A stretch of DNA of 64,000 nt from Piromyces finnis finn (Eukaryota; Fungi; Neocallimastigomycota). The translations under genes and the position numbers were made by a program. Below are positions 1 to 13,665 of this stretch, one piece after another. Within the stretch, counting starts at the first letter, position 1. The number at the start of each line of letters is the position of its first letter. The stretch spans positions 124,001 to 188,000 of the forward strand of contig MCFH01000009.1 in assembly GCA_002104945.1 (NCBI GenBank), read 5' to 3'. The notes beneath the pieces are model-generated. The model was not told the origin of the DNA and searched no databases. It saw only the letters and a program-made list of their open reading frames with translations.

Positions 1-681
1 TGAATAATGTAATTTAATATTAAAAATATAAAAATATTAAATATTTTAAAATTTGACATTGTCAAAAAAATCATTTAGCATAACTACCAATATTCATTCA
101 TTTCATTATTTTAATGTAATTAAATTTAAACTTTAAATTATGATATTTATAATTATGGTTGACTTTATACTATGAAGATAACATTATAATTTTTAAATGA
201 TATTAATAAAAGAAGACTTTTTGAATTTTAAATTTGAATTTAAAATTTGATTTAACCTATTATATAAAAGAGTAATAATTAATTCAATATAATTTTAAAG
301 ATTATTTTTTTTTTTTATTTTTTTTTTTTCAATTGCTAATTAACGCTTTTTTATTCATGTTTAATACTTTTTTTTAAAATAAATAAATTATAAAAATGTA
401 TATATAATTTTTATTTTTAAAAAAGAAATTATAAAATCTATTAACATAAAAATATATATGAATTATTTCTAAATTCAGTTATTGTTATTATTTTTGAAAT
501 TTTACCAAAATATTTTCAAAATCACTAATAGTTAATTTTGAAGAATACCTTTTTTTTTTAACGAAAATCTATTATAATTAATTTAAAGAAAAATCTTTAA
601 AATAATTTTAGTATTATATAAGTAAACTTAATTCAACAAAACATACATAACATTTATTTTATATAAAAATATTATAAAAAA

Positions 682-2288
682 ATGACTGAGGTTGATACAA
701 GACCAACAAATCTTCATTTTATTAGAAGAATGGTATATTCTCTTTTTTTTTTTTTTTTTTTTATAATATTAAATAATTCTATTGGAATATAAAGGATCAT
801 GGATTAAAAAATAATCATTATTATAATATATTATTATAATAGTGTTAAAAAATATGTTAATAGATAATATTAAATTAATTGTTGTTAAGAATATATATAC
901 ATATGTTATTTTTATGATATACGTATATAATAGTATATATTATCCATTAAACCTTTTTAAGATTTAATATATATTAATACATGCATATAAACCCCAATTA
1001 TGTTCAATAATACCATAATTTATAGCAATATTGAATCTAATATATAGATACTATTATAATTAAAAATAATATCAACTTTAATCAAACATATATAAAAAAT
1101 ATAATTATGATATATAATGAATTTTTTTAATTATTAAAAGTTATATTATATAAGAAATATACATAATTAATAATTTTTATATATGTTTTGAAATATAGTT
1201 TGGTTCAAGTTCTGGAAGTATTTCAAATGATTCATCACTTAAGGATAAAGATAAACAAAAAAGTAATAGTCAAGAAATTAACAAATCAGCAATTGCATCT
1301 GATTTAAAATTAGGTAGACCAGAACATAAAAATGTTCCATTGAAAAATAGAAAAAAATTAGTAGTAGTAGGAGATGGTGCTTGTGGAAAAACTTCACTTT
1401 TATTAGTACAAAGTGGAAAACCTTTCCCAGAGGTATATCTAATTAATTCTATTACTATTAAAATAACATTACTATATTATCATAATTCCATAAAAACTTA
1501 TAAAATTTTAATTATATGCATTTCATTTTATTCATACTAAATACTAATATATATTTTCATAATTATTATATTATTTTAACATTTTATTATTAAAGGGTTA
1601 TGTTCCAACAGTGTTTGAAAATTATTTATCAGCTTTTTGGGTCGATAATAAACCAGTAGAATTAGCATTATGGGATACAGCAGGTCAAGAAGACTATGAT
1701 AGATTAAGACCTCTTTCCTATCCAGATGCTGATATTGTTTTAATTTGCTTCTCAATAGGATATCCAGAATCATATTATAATGTGGATGAAAAAGTAAGTA
1801 GATAAAAAACAAAGTTTAATATTTTATAACATCATAATTATATTATACAAATATATTCATTATATTATTAAAATATTATTTTTTTTAACATATTGAAATA
1901 ATAATATTTTGTAGTGGCATCCTGAAACAAGACATTTTTGTGATGATGTCCCAACCATCTTAGTTGGTTTAAAGAAAGATTTAAGAGATGATACTGATGT
2001 AATTAATGAGTTAAATAAGAAGCATCAAAAACCAGTTACAAAAGAACAAGTAAAAATTATAATATATATTTATTTTATATAGTAATTTATTATATATTTA
2101 TAATCAATTTTTTTTTTTTTTTAAAAAAAAAGGGTGAAAAAATGGCTAATGAAATAGGTGCCCTACGATATGTAGAAGTTTCAGCAAAAACTGGTGAAAA
2201 TGTATCAGAACTATTTAGAATTGCTGCTAGAATTGCTATAAATCCTCACAATTCTAGTGGAAGAAAAAGAAGTTGCATGATACTTTAA
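682..2288 (+). CDS. Rho-family small GTPase with an N-terminal extension (Rho4/Rho1-like), 5 exons
   Basis: Exons 682-732, 1199-1432, 1596-1793, 1915-2049, 2133-2288 join in frame. Motifs: GDGACGKT (G1), YVPTVFENY (switch I), [19 protein letters not shown] (switch II), GLKKDLR (G4), EVSAK (G5), C-terminal CaaX CMIL*. Confidence 0.93.
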
Positions 2289-4087
2289 ATTTATTAAAAA
2301 AATTATTATTAAAAAAATTATTTTTTAATAATATACTTACTGTTTGTTATAATTATTAATAATCAATCTTAAGTTATATAGCTAAACTATTTTTTATTTT
2401 AATTAATATCTTCATAATATTTCTTTTATTTTTAGTTATTTATTAAATTATAGATTTCTATCTAGGCTTTAATAGTATTAGAAGATTACATTATAAAATG
2501 AAAAAAAAATTAGAAAGTGTATGAAAATAAATAAAAGAAAAAATTTTTGATTTAGATATAATAAAAATATTGATTCTTTTTTTTTTTTTTCTTCATAGTG
2601 TGGATTATTACAATGATACATTCAATTGATGAAATAAAATTAATAGTTGTTAAAGTACCTCCTCTGTTTATTTAAATTTATTTAATTTTAATTCTCTGTA
2701 AACATATTTTCCTCAACTTTTTCATTGTATTCATTTCAAAAAATAAATTGAAAATATTGTATGTAGTAAAATATTTTGAGTATTGTTCTTAATAAAAATG
2801 AATGAAAAAATAAAAACATTATTTCTAATACAAAAATTAATAATAAAAACTATAAATAATGTTAAAAAGATTCAAAAATAATATTAGACTAGATGTTTTA
2901 TATTTAATATACTAAAACATAATAAAGGAAGCTAATCTAACCATGAAATTCAAATTGATATAAATATTTTCTCGAAATTATTATAAAACTTTCATATGAC
3001 ATAAAAGATATAGGAACAACAATTAAAATTTACCATAATTTTAATCATTAAATAATGTATGATTTTTTAATTAAAATTTAATCAAACTATATGAATTTTA
3101 TTTATTTAATTATTATTTTTTTATATACAAAATTTTTTTAAGAAAAAAGTATTGTTTTTTATATTTTTATTTACCCTATAATTTAAAGCAATAAATTATT
3201 AATAATAACAAACTAGTTACCTTAAATTTTACTAAGACTATATTGATAAAAAGTATATATCATAATTACTGAATACTTTGTTATATTTTGTTGTATTATT
3301 AATAAATAGACAAACAACAATAATAAAGAGAATAAAAAAATTTTAGTAAAACAAATATATTATAAGAAGAATAATTCATTTAGTTTTCTTTTTTTAACAT
3401 TCAATAATATAAATTCTGAATGATGGATATAATTTTAATTTCACAAAAAAGAAAAATAAAAAAATTGAAAATATTAAAATAATTCATAAAATACCCATTT
3501 AAAGTCCATATATATAAAGGTTAAATTATATAATATTATATTGCATAAACATAACAAAATATATATTCCGTTTGTTTTAGATTTAAATTATATATAAGTA
3601 TATATTTACCATAAATAAACAAAAAACAGAAAAAAAAAAAAAAAAAGTAAATGAATATAATTAAGCATAAAAAAATATAGAAAAAAGAGAATAAATAATT
3701 ATTTTAAAATTAAAACAACAACAACATTAATTTAATATTACTAATTGTAATAATAATGTAATTATCATTTTATTGGCTTTATTGAAATTACTTTTTTTAA
3801 AAGCAGTGAAAAACAAACAAACAAACAAACAAACAAAAAAAAAAGTAGAAATAAAAGTAAATAAATTTTGATACTTAAATATTTATACTAACTTGTGTAT
3901 TTATATATATATATACATATATATATATATTTTTTTTGTCTCTAACAATAATTTAATAATACATTTCATAAACAATAAATTAATATAAATTAAATAATAA
4001 TTTATAAAAAATAACCGAATAATAATAAAATATAAATAATTGGAAAAAATATAAAAATTTTAAGTACATTAATAAATAATAATCAGA

Positions 4088-5679
4088 ATGTCCAATGCTA
4101 CACATAATGATGTTTTACAATTTTTAGAATCATTAGATAAATTACAAGCTCCAACTGAAGAAACCAAAACTAATACTTCAACTACCACTGCTACTACTGC
4201 TATTGATACTACTAATGTTAATACAAAACCATCAGCTACTACCACTGAATCTGTTTTACAATTTTTAGATGAAATTACTAATAATACATCTACAGCAAAT
4301 ACTTCTACTCCAACAGCATCTGCTCCAGCTAAGCCAACCACTACCACCACTAACGCACCAACTGAACAAAAACAAGAAGCTAAAAGTGGTTGGAACTGGG
4401 GTTCTTTCTGGAATAATGCTCAAAATACTGTAAACCAAGCTTCCCAAAACTTAAAGAAGAGTATGGAAGCTGCTCAAAAAAATCTTGAAAGTAATGAAAG
4501 AATAAGAGGTATTACTTCTCAATTTAATAAGGAAAATATTGAAAAATTAAGTAAGTAATAAATTTAATATATATATATATTTATTTTGTATAATATTTAT
4601 TAAAATCTTTTTTCTTTTTCTTTTTTTGAATATATTATATGAAAAAATGATTTATTTTCTTTTTTTTTTTCTTTTTTTTCTTTTTCCTAATTCATTTATA
4701 TATAAACATAGGTAATGATTTAAAGAAAATGACCGTTAATGTCATTGATTCAATTGCTCCACCAATTTCTGGTTATAATATGGATAATGAAACCACTCTT
4801 TGGTTACAAGTTAATGATAAAAAAGATTTTTCTGAACAATCTAATGATGTTGTTAAATATGTTGTTGAAGAAATGTTTGCTAATTCAGCAGTTAGAAGAA
4901 ATGTTATAAAAGGAAAATTTTCTATTAAAAATGAAATTATTCCAAAAGAAAAACAACAACCAGTTTCTGTTGGCATTTCTGCTGCTATCAGCACCGCTGA
5001 TGTAAGTAATTCATATTATTATCCTTAATTACATTTTAAAATATTTTGATTTTTATTAATAAAAAATCAAAGTTTGAATAAATCAATAAATAAATCCTTA
5101 TAATAAATGAACTAATAAAATAATATAAATGAAAACGTATATACATACGTATACATATATATTAATAAAACAATAATTTAAATGTTATAGGACTTGTTCA
5201 AAGAATTTCTAGCTGCTCACCCAAAACGTGAACCAAAAGTTCATGAAGTTCCAAACTCAGTTGCTCAAAATGATAAATCTGAAAATGATAAACCAAATCA
5301 AGAAATAGTCACTTCATACTATGATATGTTTTTATTCATTCAACCATTTTATATTAATTTAACTCGTCCAAATACCGAAAAAACTTTAACACACATGGCT
5401 TACTATGTTATTTTCTATTATCCAAATTATGAAAATCCAAAGAAAGATATTTTCATAAGTTATACCACTCAAAGTGTTAGTTGTAAGGATAATATGGAAA
5501 GCAAGGATGATGAAATCAATCCACTTAGAAGTCAAATTTATGAAGAATGGAATGATGATCGTAAGTTAAAGGTAATTGAAGGTGGTGTCTGGACAGTCTT
5601 TGAAGAATTACTAGTTAGAATGAAAGAGTATAACTATGATACCGAAACTATTGCTGGATTAAGTGGTCAAGTTCTCTAA
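4088..5679 (+). CDS. Mtc1-like protein (maintenance of telomere capping 1 family), 3 exons
   Basis: Exons 4088-4550, 4712-5001, 5191-5679 join in frame. N-terminal DVLQFLESL, a Thr-rich linker, GWNWGSFWNNA and IDSIAPPIS resemble fungal Mtc1-family motifs as I recall them. Confidence 0.55.
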
Positions 5680-6373
5680 ATAAATTGACAAAAAAATAGT
5701 TTTATAACATAAATCATCATAATAATCATTAATATAATAAAATTATTTTTTTTCATATGTAATTATTATAATATTTATAATGCATCTATCCAATAGAAAA
5801 GTTTATTTATTTTTTTTTTCTTATCAACAATAAAAAAGAGAGAGAAAAAAAATTTTTTTAAAATAAAAAATAAAAAAGCTTAAAATATTTAACATATTTG
5901 TTTTTGTATTTTCGTTGTGACGTAATATATCATTAAAATTAAAATTAAAATGATAAGTACATTTTTGTTAATTCTATTCAATAAATAAATAAATAAATAT
6001 AAAAAAGTATTATTTTAATTTGAACGAACAAAAAAATAAAAAAATAAAAAATGAAAAAAAAGGATAATTATATATAAATGTAAAAATAAATACAAATTCT
6101 TTTATATATAATTAACACCAAAACATTAAATGAATAAAATAATGTATAAAAATAAAATACTATATAATGTTTTAAATACTTTTTATTATTATAATTATTA
6201 TTATATTTGTGGGTTTGTATTTTTTATTGATTTTTTTTTTTTTATAGATAAAAAATATTTTATTATTAATATTTTATTTAATAATAAAAATAGATAATAT
6301 ATAAGTTATAAATAAATTTAATAATATATTTTTGTGTTAAAAGTCACATAAATTATATTATGAAATATAAAGA

Positions 6374-7537
6374 TTAATTTAAAATAGTTTTTTCTATAAA
6401 ATTTCTTGCTTCCTTAGCACCTTTACACTCTTTAAAGCTTTTTGATATTTCTAAGGCAGCTTGTTTGTAACTTGGTTCATTTAAAATTTTATTAACAGTA
6501 TTAATTATATTACTGGAGTTATTAATAGATTTTAACCAAATTCCTGCGCCCAGTTCTTCTGTTCTTTTGGCAACAGCCTCTTCTTCAGATGTTTGAGGAC
6601 ATAATACTAATGGTACTTCAAAGTATAAACCTTCAGAAGCAGAATTCATTCCACAATGTGTTATGAAAACATCCGTAATGGATAAAACAGCCATTTGATC
6701 AACAAAATCATAGATTCTTATATTATCAGGAAGATCTTCAAATTTTATATTAGAAGAACTTGCTGATATGATGACTTGATAATCAGTTTTGGAAAAAGCA
6801 TCTATACAATAACGATAAATTTTTTGATTTTTAACTATAGTACCCATAGAGATAAATATAGTTATATTAGATGTTTTTTCAAATGGTGTTTCAATAGGTC
6901 TTATTGATGGGCCAATAAAACAATATTTATCAGAAAAAGTGTTAGAACATGGTTGATAGAATTTTGAAGTATAAACAATAGTATTAGTTTCATTATCATT
7001 TTGAATAATATCTAATATATTTTTTACTGGGTATCCATTTTGACGTAATCTTTTAAGTTGTTTATTAACTTTTGGCATAGAAAACATCATTTTAACTAAT
7101 TCACCAATACCATGTTTCATGTAGGCTGAAGAATACTTATTGAAAGCAAATGTTGTCGTAGAAGAAATATAAGGAATGCTATATTTAATGGCTGTTAATT
7201 TACCCCAATAGGATACTGAATCAGAGATAATTAAATCAGGATTTATAATTTTTATTTTATTAGCAATCATTTCATCTAAAGCCAATGTTGAATTTACAAG
7301 TAATTCAGTTGCAAATGCAATATCTTTAGCTACTCTTTCAGCATTATCTTTATCTTTCATTTCAAAATTACAATCATCACAAGATATGTAAGTAGCTCCT
7401 GTTTTTTCAATTTTTTCCTTGAAATCCTCAAATGAAAAATAAAAAACTTCATGACCAGAATCTACCATTTCCTTAACTAAGGCAAGAGTTGGATTGGTAT
7501 GACCATGAGCTGGAATGCAAAACCAAGCAATTTTCAT
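6374..7537 (-). CDS. MGT-family (macrolide-type, GT1/UDP) glycosyltransferase, intronless, bacterial-like, 387 aa
   Basis: Single ORF with N-terminal IPAHGHTNPTLALVKE (catalytic His motif), FISMGT, and UGT signature FVDQMAVLSITDVFITHCGMNSASEGLYFEVPLVLCPQTSEE. Confidence 0.92.
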   Translation of the reverse strand: MKIAWFCIPAHGHTNPTLALVKEMVDSGHEVFYFSFEDFKEKIEKTGATYISCDDCNFEMKDKDNAERVAKDIAFATELLVNSTLALDEMIANKIKIINPDLIISDSVSYWGKLTAIKYSIPYISSTTTFAFNKYSSAYMKHGIGELVKMMFSMPKVNKQLKRLRQNGYPVKNILDIIQNDNETNTIVYTSKFYQPCSNTFSDKYCFIGPSIRPIETPFEKTSNITIFISMGTIVKNQKIYRYCIDAFSKTDYQVIISASSSNIKFEDLPDNIRIYDFVDQMAVLSITDVFITHCGMNSASEGLYFEVPLVLCPQTSEEEAVAKRTEELGAGIWLKSINNSSNIINTVNKILNEPSYKQAALEISKSFKECKGAKEARNFIEKTILN

Positions 7538-9309
7538 ATTGTTGTTTGAATGTAAAATAATATAAATAATTTTAAAAGAATAGATAATATTATATATTAG
7601 TAATTTTCTTTAAATGAAATAAGTTTTTTTTAATAAAATATTTATATATAAATTTATTAAGTTTTTTTTTTTCAAAAAAAAAAAAAAAATACAAGATAGT
7701 AGTTCCTTTATATATGCTATTCACATTTGCCTTTTTTTTTTTATTTATTTATTTTTAATTTAATAAAATTTTAAATTTTAATTTTTACTATTATCCTTTT
7801 TTTTATTAAATTATTTTAATAGTATTAAAATTATTTGATATATTAAAATTTTTTTAAAATTTATTATTATATTTTAATAGAATTATTCCATTTATTTTAT
7901 ATAATGCTTTTTAAAAGAAAGTACTTATTCACCTCAAATTTTATTTTTACAATTTATAAATTAATATTAATTACTATATATATTTAAACAAGTATAACTC
8001 GAAATTCACACCCATTTTTAATAACTATTATTACTCCTAGTTAATAAAAATTAAAAGAAAAAACTTTTATATAAATATTATTTGGTGACATTAATAAATG
8101 CTTTATGATTATATATTAAATTTTTGGGCAGTAACTATATCTTTAAATTTTATTATTTTTTTTTCTTTAAAAAATTACTATGCTTTATGTATATATTATA
8201 TAAAATTATAAAATTATAATTATAATTATGTGTATTAGTTAATGAGTTTTTATCAGCTTTTGTTTATTATATATATATATGTATCATTTTTTTAAATATA
8301 TTTGAATTGAAAAGATTCATTACTGCCTTTTATAATAATAAATTTTTATATAACTGAATTATGTATATACTATAGTTTTCTTTTTAAATGAAAACTTAGA
8401 AATTCATAGATATTTTAGAAAACATAAAATGAAAGCTTTTTTTTTTTTTTTTTTCTTTTCTACTTTAAAATAAAATAAAATAATTTGGTTTATTATAACA
8501 ACTAAAATTAAGAATTTTTTTTATTTTATTATATCAATTATAATGATTATAATGAAAAGATTTAATTTACATATTAGTATTTAATTAAACTATCATTTTA
8601 GCATTATAATAATAACCTTTATTCTCGATTAAGGATTATACTGCCGATATAACGTTTTTACATAGAAGTTTTCCAGTTGATCTTTTTTTCAATTTTAATA
8701 AAAAACTTAATATATTAATTTTTAATTTAAAATTTAACAATTAAAGTTTGGAAAATTTTTACATTATTTTAAATATAAAATTTTAATATAAATAACAATA
8801 ATAAATAACAATTTTTTTTTATACCACCAAAAACTATATTGAATTATTATTATTGTTAAAAAAGCTTGAATAAAAGTATATAAAGGTTTAAATTGTTTCC
8901 TTTTATTCTTTTGAAAAAATATATATTGCTTTTTTTTTTTATTATTTTTTTATATCAATATCCTTAAAAATAACAATTTTATTGTTGTAAATCATAATAA
9001 ATACATTATTATATATAAATTTCTTAATAAGGTTGTCTATAATATATAAATACAGTTTAAAAAAGAATTTATAAATTCAAAAAATACCATATAAAAACAG
9101 ACTATCTAAACCACATTATTATTAATTCTATAATTAAATATACCTAATTTAATTCAAAATATTAAAATAAAAGCAATAATAATTACTAATAAAGTACAAT
9201 AATAACAAAACTAATAAATAATATTTAAACCAATAAAAAGAATAAATAATACTTAATAATATTAAAATATTTAAATTAATAAACCACCAATAACATTTAA
9301 TAAGTGACT

Positions 9310-10557
9310 ATGGCATTTTATACAATTTATAATAATTTAAAAGATAAATTTACACCACTTTTAAAAGAATCCAGATTCTATGAAGCTGGTGTATTAACAC
9401 CTGAAGAATTTGTTCAAGCAGGAGATTTCTTAGTTTCAAAATGTCCAACATGGTCATGGTGTAGTGGAGTTAAAGATAAAAAACGTAGTTATTTACCAGA
9501 CGATAAACAATATCTTATTACAAAAAATGTTCCTTGTATAAAACGTGCAAAAGATATGGAATATGTAGATGAAGAAATGGAAAGAATAGTAGAAGATGAA
9601 TGGATTGAAACTTATTATCAAATGCAAAAAGAAAACATTGATCAGGTAGAAGAAATTGATTCCGACATGAAAAAACTTTCAATAAACCAAACAAAAAAAG
9701 ATGAAGAAATTGAAGAAATAGAAGATTTAGATGAGTTAGAAGAAATGGCAGATGATAATTTTGAAATTGTTGATGACCCTAATGCGCTTAATGAAGATAA
9801 TATATTAAAAACAAGAACTTATAACATAAGGTAAATAAAAAATAATAATGAAAAAAAAAAAAAAAAAAAAAAAAAGACGAAAGAATAAAATATAAATAAG
9901 ATATGTATTATATATCAAATAGTAAATATAGTAAATAAAGAGTGTAAAATGAATAAATAAATTATATTATTATAATAAGGTTATTTAAAATGAATAATAA
10001 TATTATTATTAATAATAAAACAAAAACTATTATTATACTATAAATGTGTATATATATATAGTCCATAATTGCTTTATTTATATCAATATATTCAAATACT
10101 ATTTTACATATTTTACACACCAATCATTATTAATAATATATATATATTCTTTTTATTTATAACAGTATAACTTATGATAAAGGATACCAAACTCCAAGAA
10201 TATGGCTTTTTGGTTTTGATGAAAATAATATTCCATTAACACCAGAACAAATATTTGAAGATATTTCAGAAGATCATGCAAAAAAAACAGTTACTATTGA
10301 AGCACATCCTCATGAAAACTTTTCACTTGCAACTATACACCCATGTCGTCATGCAAATGTCACCAAAAAATTAGTAGATAATATGCAAGAAACTGGTCAT
10401 ATAGAAATACGTCCAGATATGGCATTATTAATATTTTTAAAGGTAAAAATAAATAATAAACATAATAATAATAATAAACATAATAATAATAATAAACATA
10501 ATAAACATAATAAACATAATAAACATAATAATAATAATAAACATAATAATAATAAAC

Positions 10558-10634
<77 letters not shown>

Positions 10635-10809
10635 TAGAATAATAATAATAATAATAAAGAATACTTTACTAATTCAATCTTTTTATCTAAACATATAAAT
10701 ATATATTTAAAATATTATCATTATCTATTCATTTCTATATTTATATTAATAGTTTATGAGTAGTGTATTACCAACTATTAACTATGACTTTACAATAAGT
10801 TTAGAATAA
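9310..10809 (+). CDS. ATG3: Autophagy E2-like conjugating enzyme Atg3, 3 exons
   Basis: Exons 9310-9830, 10166-10442, 10753-10809. Motifs: [55 protein letters not shown], catalytic [26 protein letters not shown]. The true start is ATG 9310; the ORF track used GTG 9304. Confidence 0.96.
10455..10655. repeat. (AAT)n microsatellite with interspersed AAACAT variants in Atg3 intron 2
   Basis: Seen directly. It explains the spurious poly-N/H ORF 10383-10637. Confidence 0.95.
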
Positions 10810-12053
10810 TAATAATTATAATTCTATAATATTTATATATATTATTAATAATAGAATGTTAAAATACCAAAATTTTATTATTTACAATATATTCTACTCT
10901 AAAAAAAAAAAAGACTCATTATAATAAAAACAATTTGTAATTAATATCCCATCTAATTAAATTCCATAAAGTATAAAATTTTAATCCAATTGTGTATATG
11001 TAATTTTAAATAGGTTTAAATGTTAAAAAAAAAAAAAGAAAATATAAAAATAAAAATATAAAATATTAATTATTTTAAAAAAAAAAAAAAATATTTAAAT
11101 CATCATCATAAAAAGAAAAATACACTTTTTACTTTAAAATTTTATAGATAGAAAAATTTTTAGTTTTTCTCTATGTTTTGTTGTAGACCATTTTTTATTT
11201 ATTCACTATTTTCGCCATTATTATATTTATATATATTTTCTATGGTTCATTTTGTTTTATTATTTATTTTTATTTTTATAATTTTTATTCTTTTTATTTT
11301 TATATTTTTCCAAAATCTTTTAATTTTAATAATATTTGATTTATTATTTTTATTTTTTCTAGTTATAAATATAAACGATTAATATAAATGATTTTTTTCC
11401 CCCTCTTGTGAGTGTGTTTTAATTGTTTTAATTCTAGTTTAATTGTTATATAATAATATTATATTTCTATATATTTTGTTTTTGTTTATGTTTGTTTTAA
11501 TGTTTTTATCAAAAAAAACTTTTATATTATAATTTTTAATTATACTTATTATTTATAATTCTATAGTGTATTTCAATTTTTCTATATTTAATCTTTAATA
11601 AATTGTTTATATATACATTAAGATATTATATTATTTAAAAGTTTGTCTCTTCTTTTTTCCTCTTATTGAACTTTTTTTACTTTTACAATTTAAAGAGAAA
11701 TGTAAAGGCTTTTAATTTAATTCTTAACTTTTTAATAATAATAAATATTTTAATCTATTCTGCTTTTTTTTTTTCTTTCTTTTTTTTTTGCTTATTTTTT
11801 TTTTTTTTCTTTACTTATATTGAATTTAATTTTTTACTAACTTTTTCTTTTCCCAACACTTTAATTATTGGGTTAAAAAATATTTAATATAATAATCATC
11901 ATCTAATATATACAAATAATAAAATATTTGGAATAATCATTATATTCTATTATTATAATTATTATATTAAATAATAGTAATTTTATAATTTTCTATTTTT
12001 TTTGTTCAAATTTTTTTTTTTTTTTTTTTAGTCTATATAAAGAATATTTGTTG

Positions 12054-12911
12054 TTATTCTTGGTATGAATGAGAAAGCTGATTATTTTCTCTTTTAATTT
12101 TGATAAGATATAGAAAATATTATTAATTTCATTGTTATATTTATTTAAAAAATTTAATAAATATAACTAATTATATTTTCCTTAATTAAAAGTAACGAGA
12201 GAATAACTTTCATGAGATACATAATTATCATGAATTCTTTTAGCCCAACCATTAACATAATAATCAAGTTCTAATTGATCGTGATAATTCTTTACTTTTT
12301 GATAATTACGATTCCATCTATTTATTTATAATATTATATTTTTAGTTTAGTTATATAAAAAATAGCATATTTATATATATCTTGACATTCATTTTACCTT
12401 ACAACACCAATAGCATGCCAAAGACCAGAAGGTAAAAGTTCAAATTCAATTAATGGATCAAAGTAAAGATCGTCACTTTCAGAAGTATTTTTAGATACTG
12501 AAATTGATGGTGGGGCTTCTGGATTTTGAGACATTACTGTTTGAGATAAATGAGCAACAGCAATTACAGTTTTACCATTTGAATCAGCATCATAAGAGGT
12601 ATAGCGACTAACAATTAAAGGTCTAGCTTCTAAACTTTGAATTTTAACAGACCATTCACCAGTGTGGTTTACTAATTGATCATAGATACCATGTTTACGA
12701 AAAATCATTTCAATTGTACTTCCAAAATCCAATTCTGGTGATGGATAAACAAAATTATTGCTCTTCGCTGTATTATAATATAATAAATCATAATTAATAT
12801 TTAAACTAAATATAAAATATATTCATTGATAAAAATAATTTATATACCTTTAGTAATACTGTTACATGGGATTGTAACATTTGGAATATGAGATTTCTTA
12901 AATCTGTACAT
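12054..12911 (-). CDS. Hypothetical protein of about 185 aa, 3-4 exons, no recognised domain
   Basis: ATG 12911. Exon 1 12911-12848 and exon 2 12767-~12397 are followed by an exon starting near 12317 and a possible last exon ending at TAA 12054. Splice sites are GT/AG and in frame, with GC-richer codon-like sequence (MYRFKKSHIPNV...FELLPSGLWHAIGVVRWNRNY). The 3' end is uncertain. Confidence 0.7.
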
Positions 12912-13628
12912 TATTCTTGTGGTATTTTATATAAGATTTATATTGTATATTAATTACTTTATTTTTTTATTTTTGTTCTTTTTATAATAATTTAATTTGT
13001 ATTTATTGGAAAAAATATTAATAATTTAATTTTTCTTTTTGATAGTAACTGATAATAAAAAAATATTTTATTGATAATATTTAATTATTAATTCTTTAAA
13101 GTTATTTAATATATATTTTCTATATCTATATAATTTAGTAATAATTTAAAAAAGGTGTATAATTATAGATTAATAGTTAGTTTAAAATTATAGCGAAATA
13201 TATTTTTAGTTTTGTTGAAACATACCTTTTTTTTTATTAAATTCAATATTTAATTTTATTAATATTATTATATAATATTTATAATATAATTAAATTTTAT
13301 TTTTGTTTTTATTATTTATTATTTATTTATTTTTTGATTATTACTTTTTTATTCCTTTTAATTCTATAAAAATATAAAAAAAAATCTATTTTTTTTTTTT
13401 TTTGCTTTCAAAAATTAATATAAATATAATATTGGTATTTTCGATTATTATAAATAAAAATAAATTAAGATGGTATTATAACTTTAAAATAAATAAATTA
13501 AAATAAGACATATTATTATAAAATAGAAAATAATAAAGGATGTTAAATGAGAGATAAAAATAAAAATTTAAATAAATAAGTTAATAATTTTTATTATATA
13601 TTATATATATTTTTTTAATTTTAGATTT

Positions 13629-13665
<37 letters not shown>

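Noticed and set aside
4069-4994. Antisense ORFs over the Mtc1-like exons (similarly over Edc3, TCERG1, PTPDC1, kinesin and the transporter)
   Set aside because: Typical shadow ORFs of real coding strands, with no independent evidence.
5917-5927. CRE/ATF-like TGACGTAA motif
   Set aside because: A single occurrence between two convergent 3' ends, not in a promoter position.
10383-10637. ORF with an N/H-rich repeat tail
   Set aside because: It is Atg3 exon 2 reading through into an intronic microsatellite.
11173-11887. F/L/I-rich ORFs 11173-11382 and 11666-11887 resembling membrane peptides
   Set aside because: They are translations of T-rich intergenic tracts, with no splice or codon signal.
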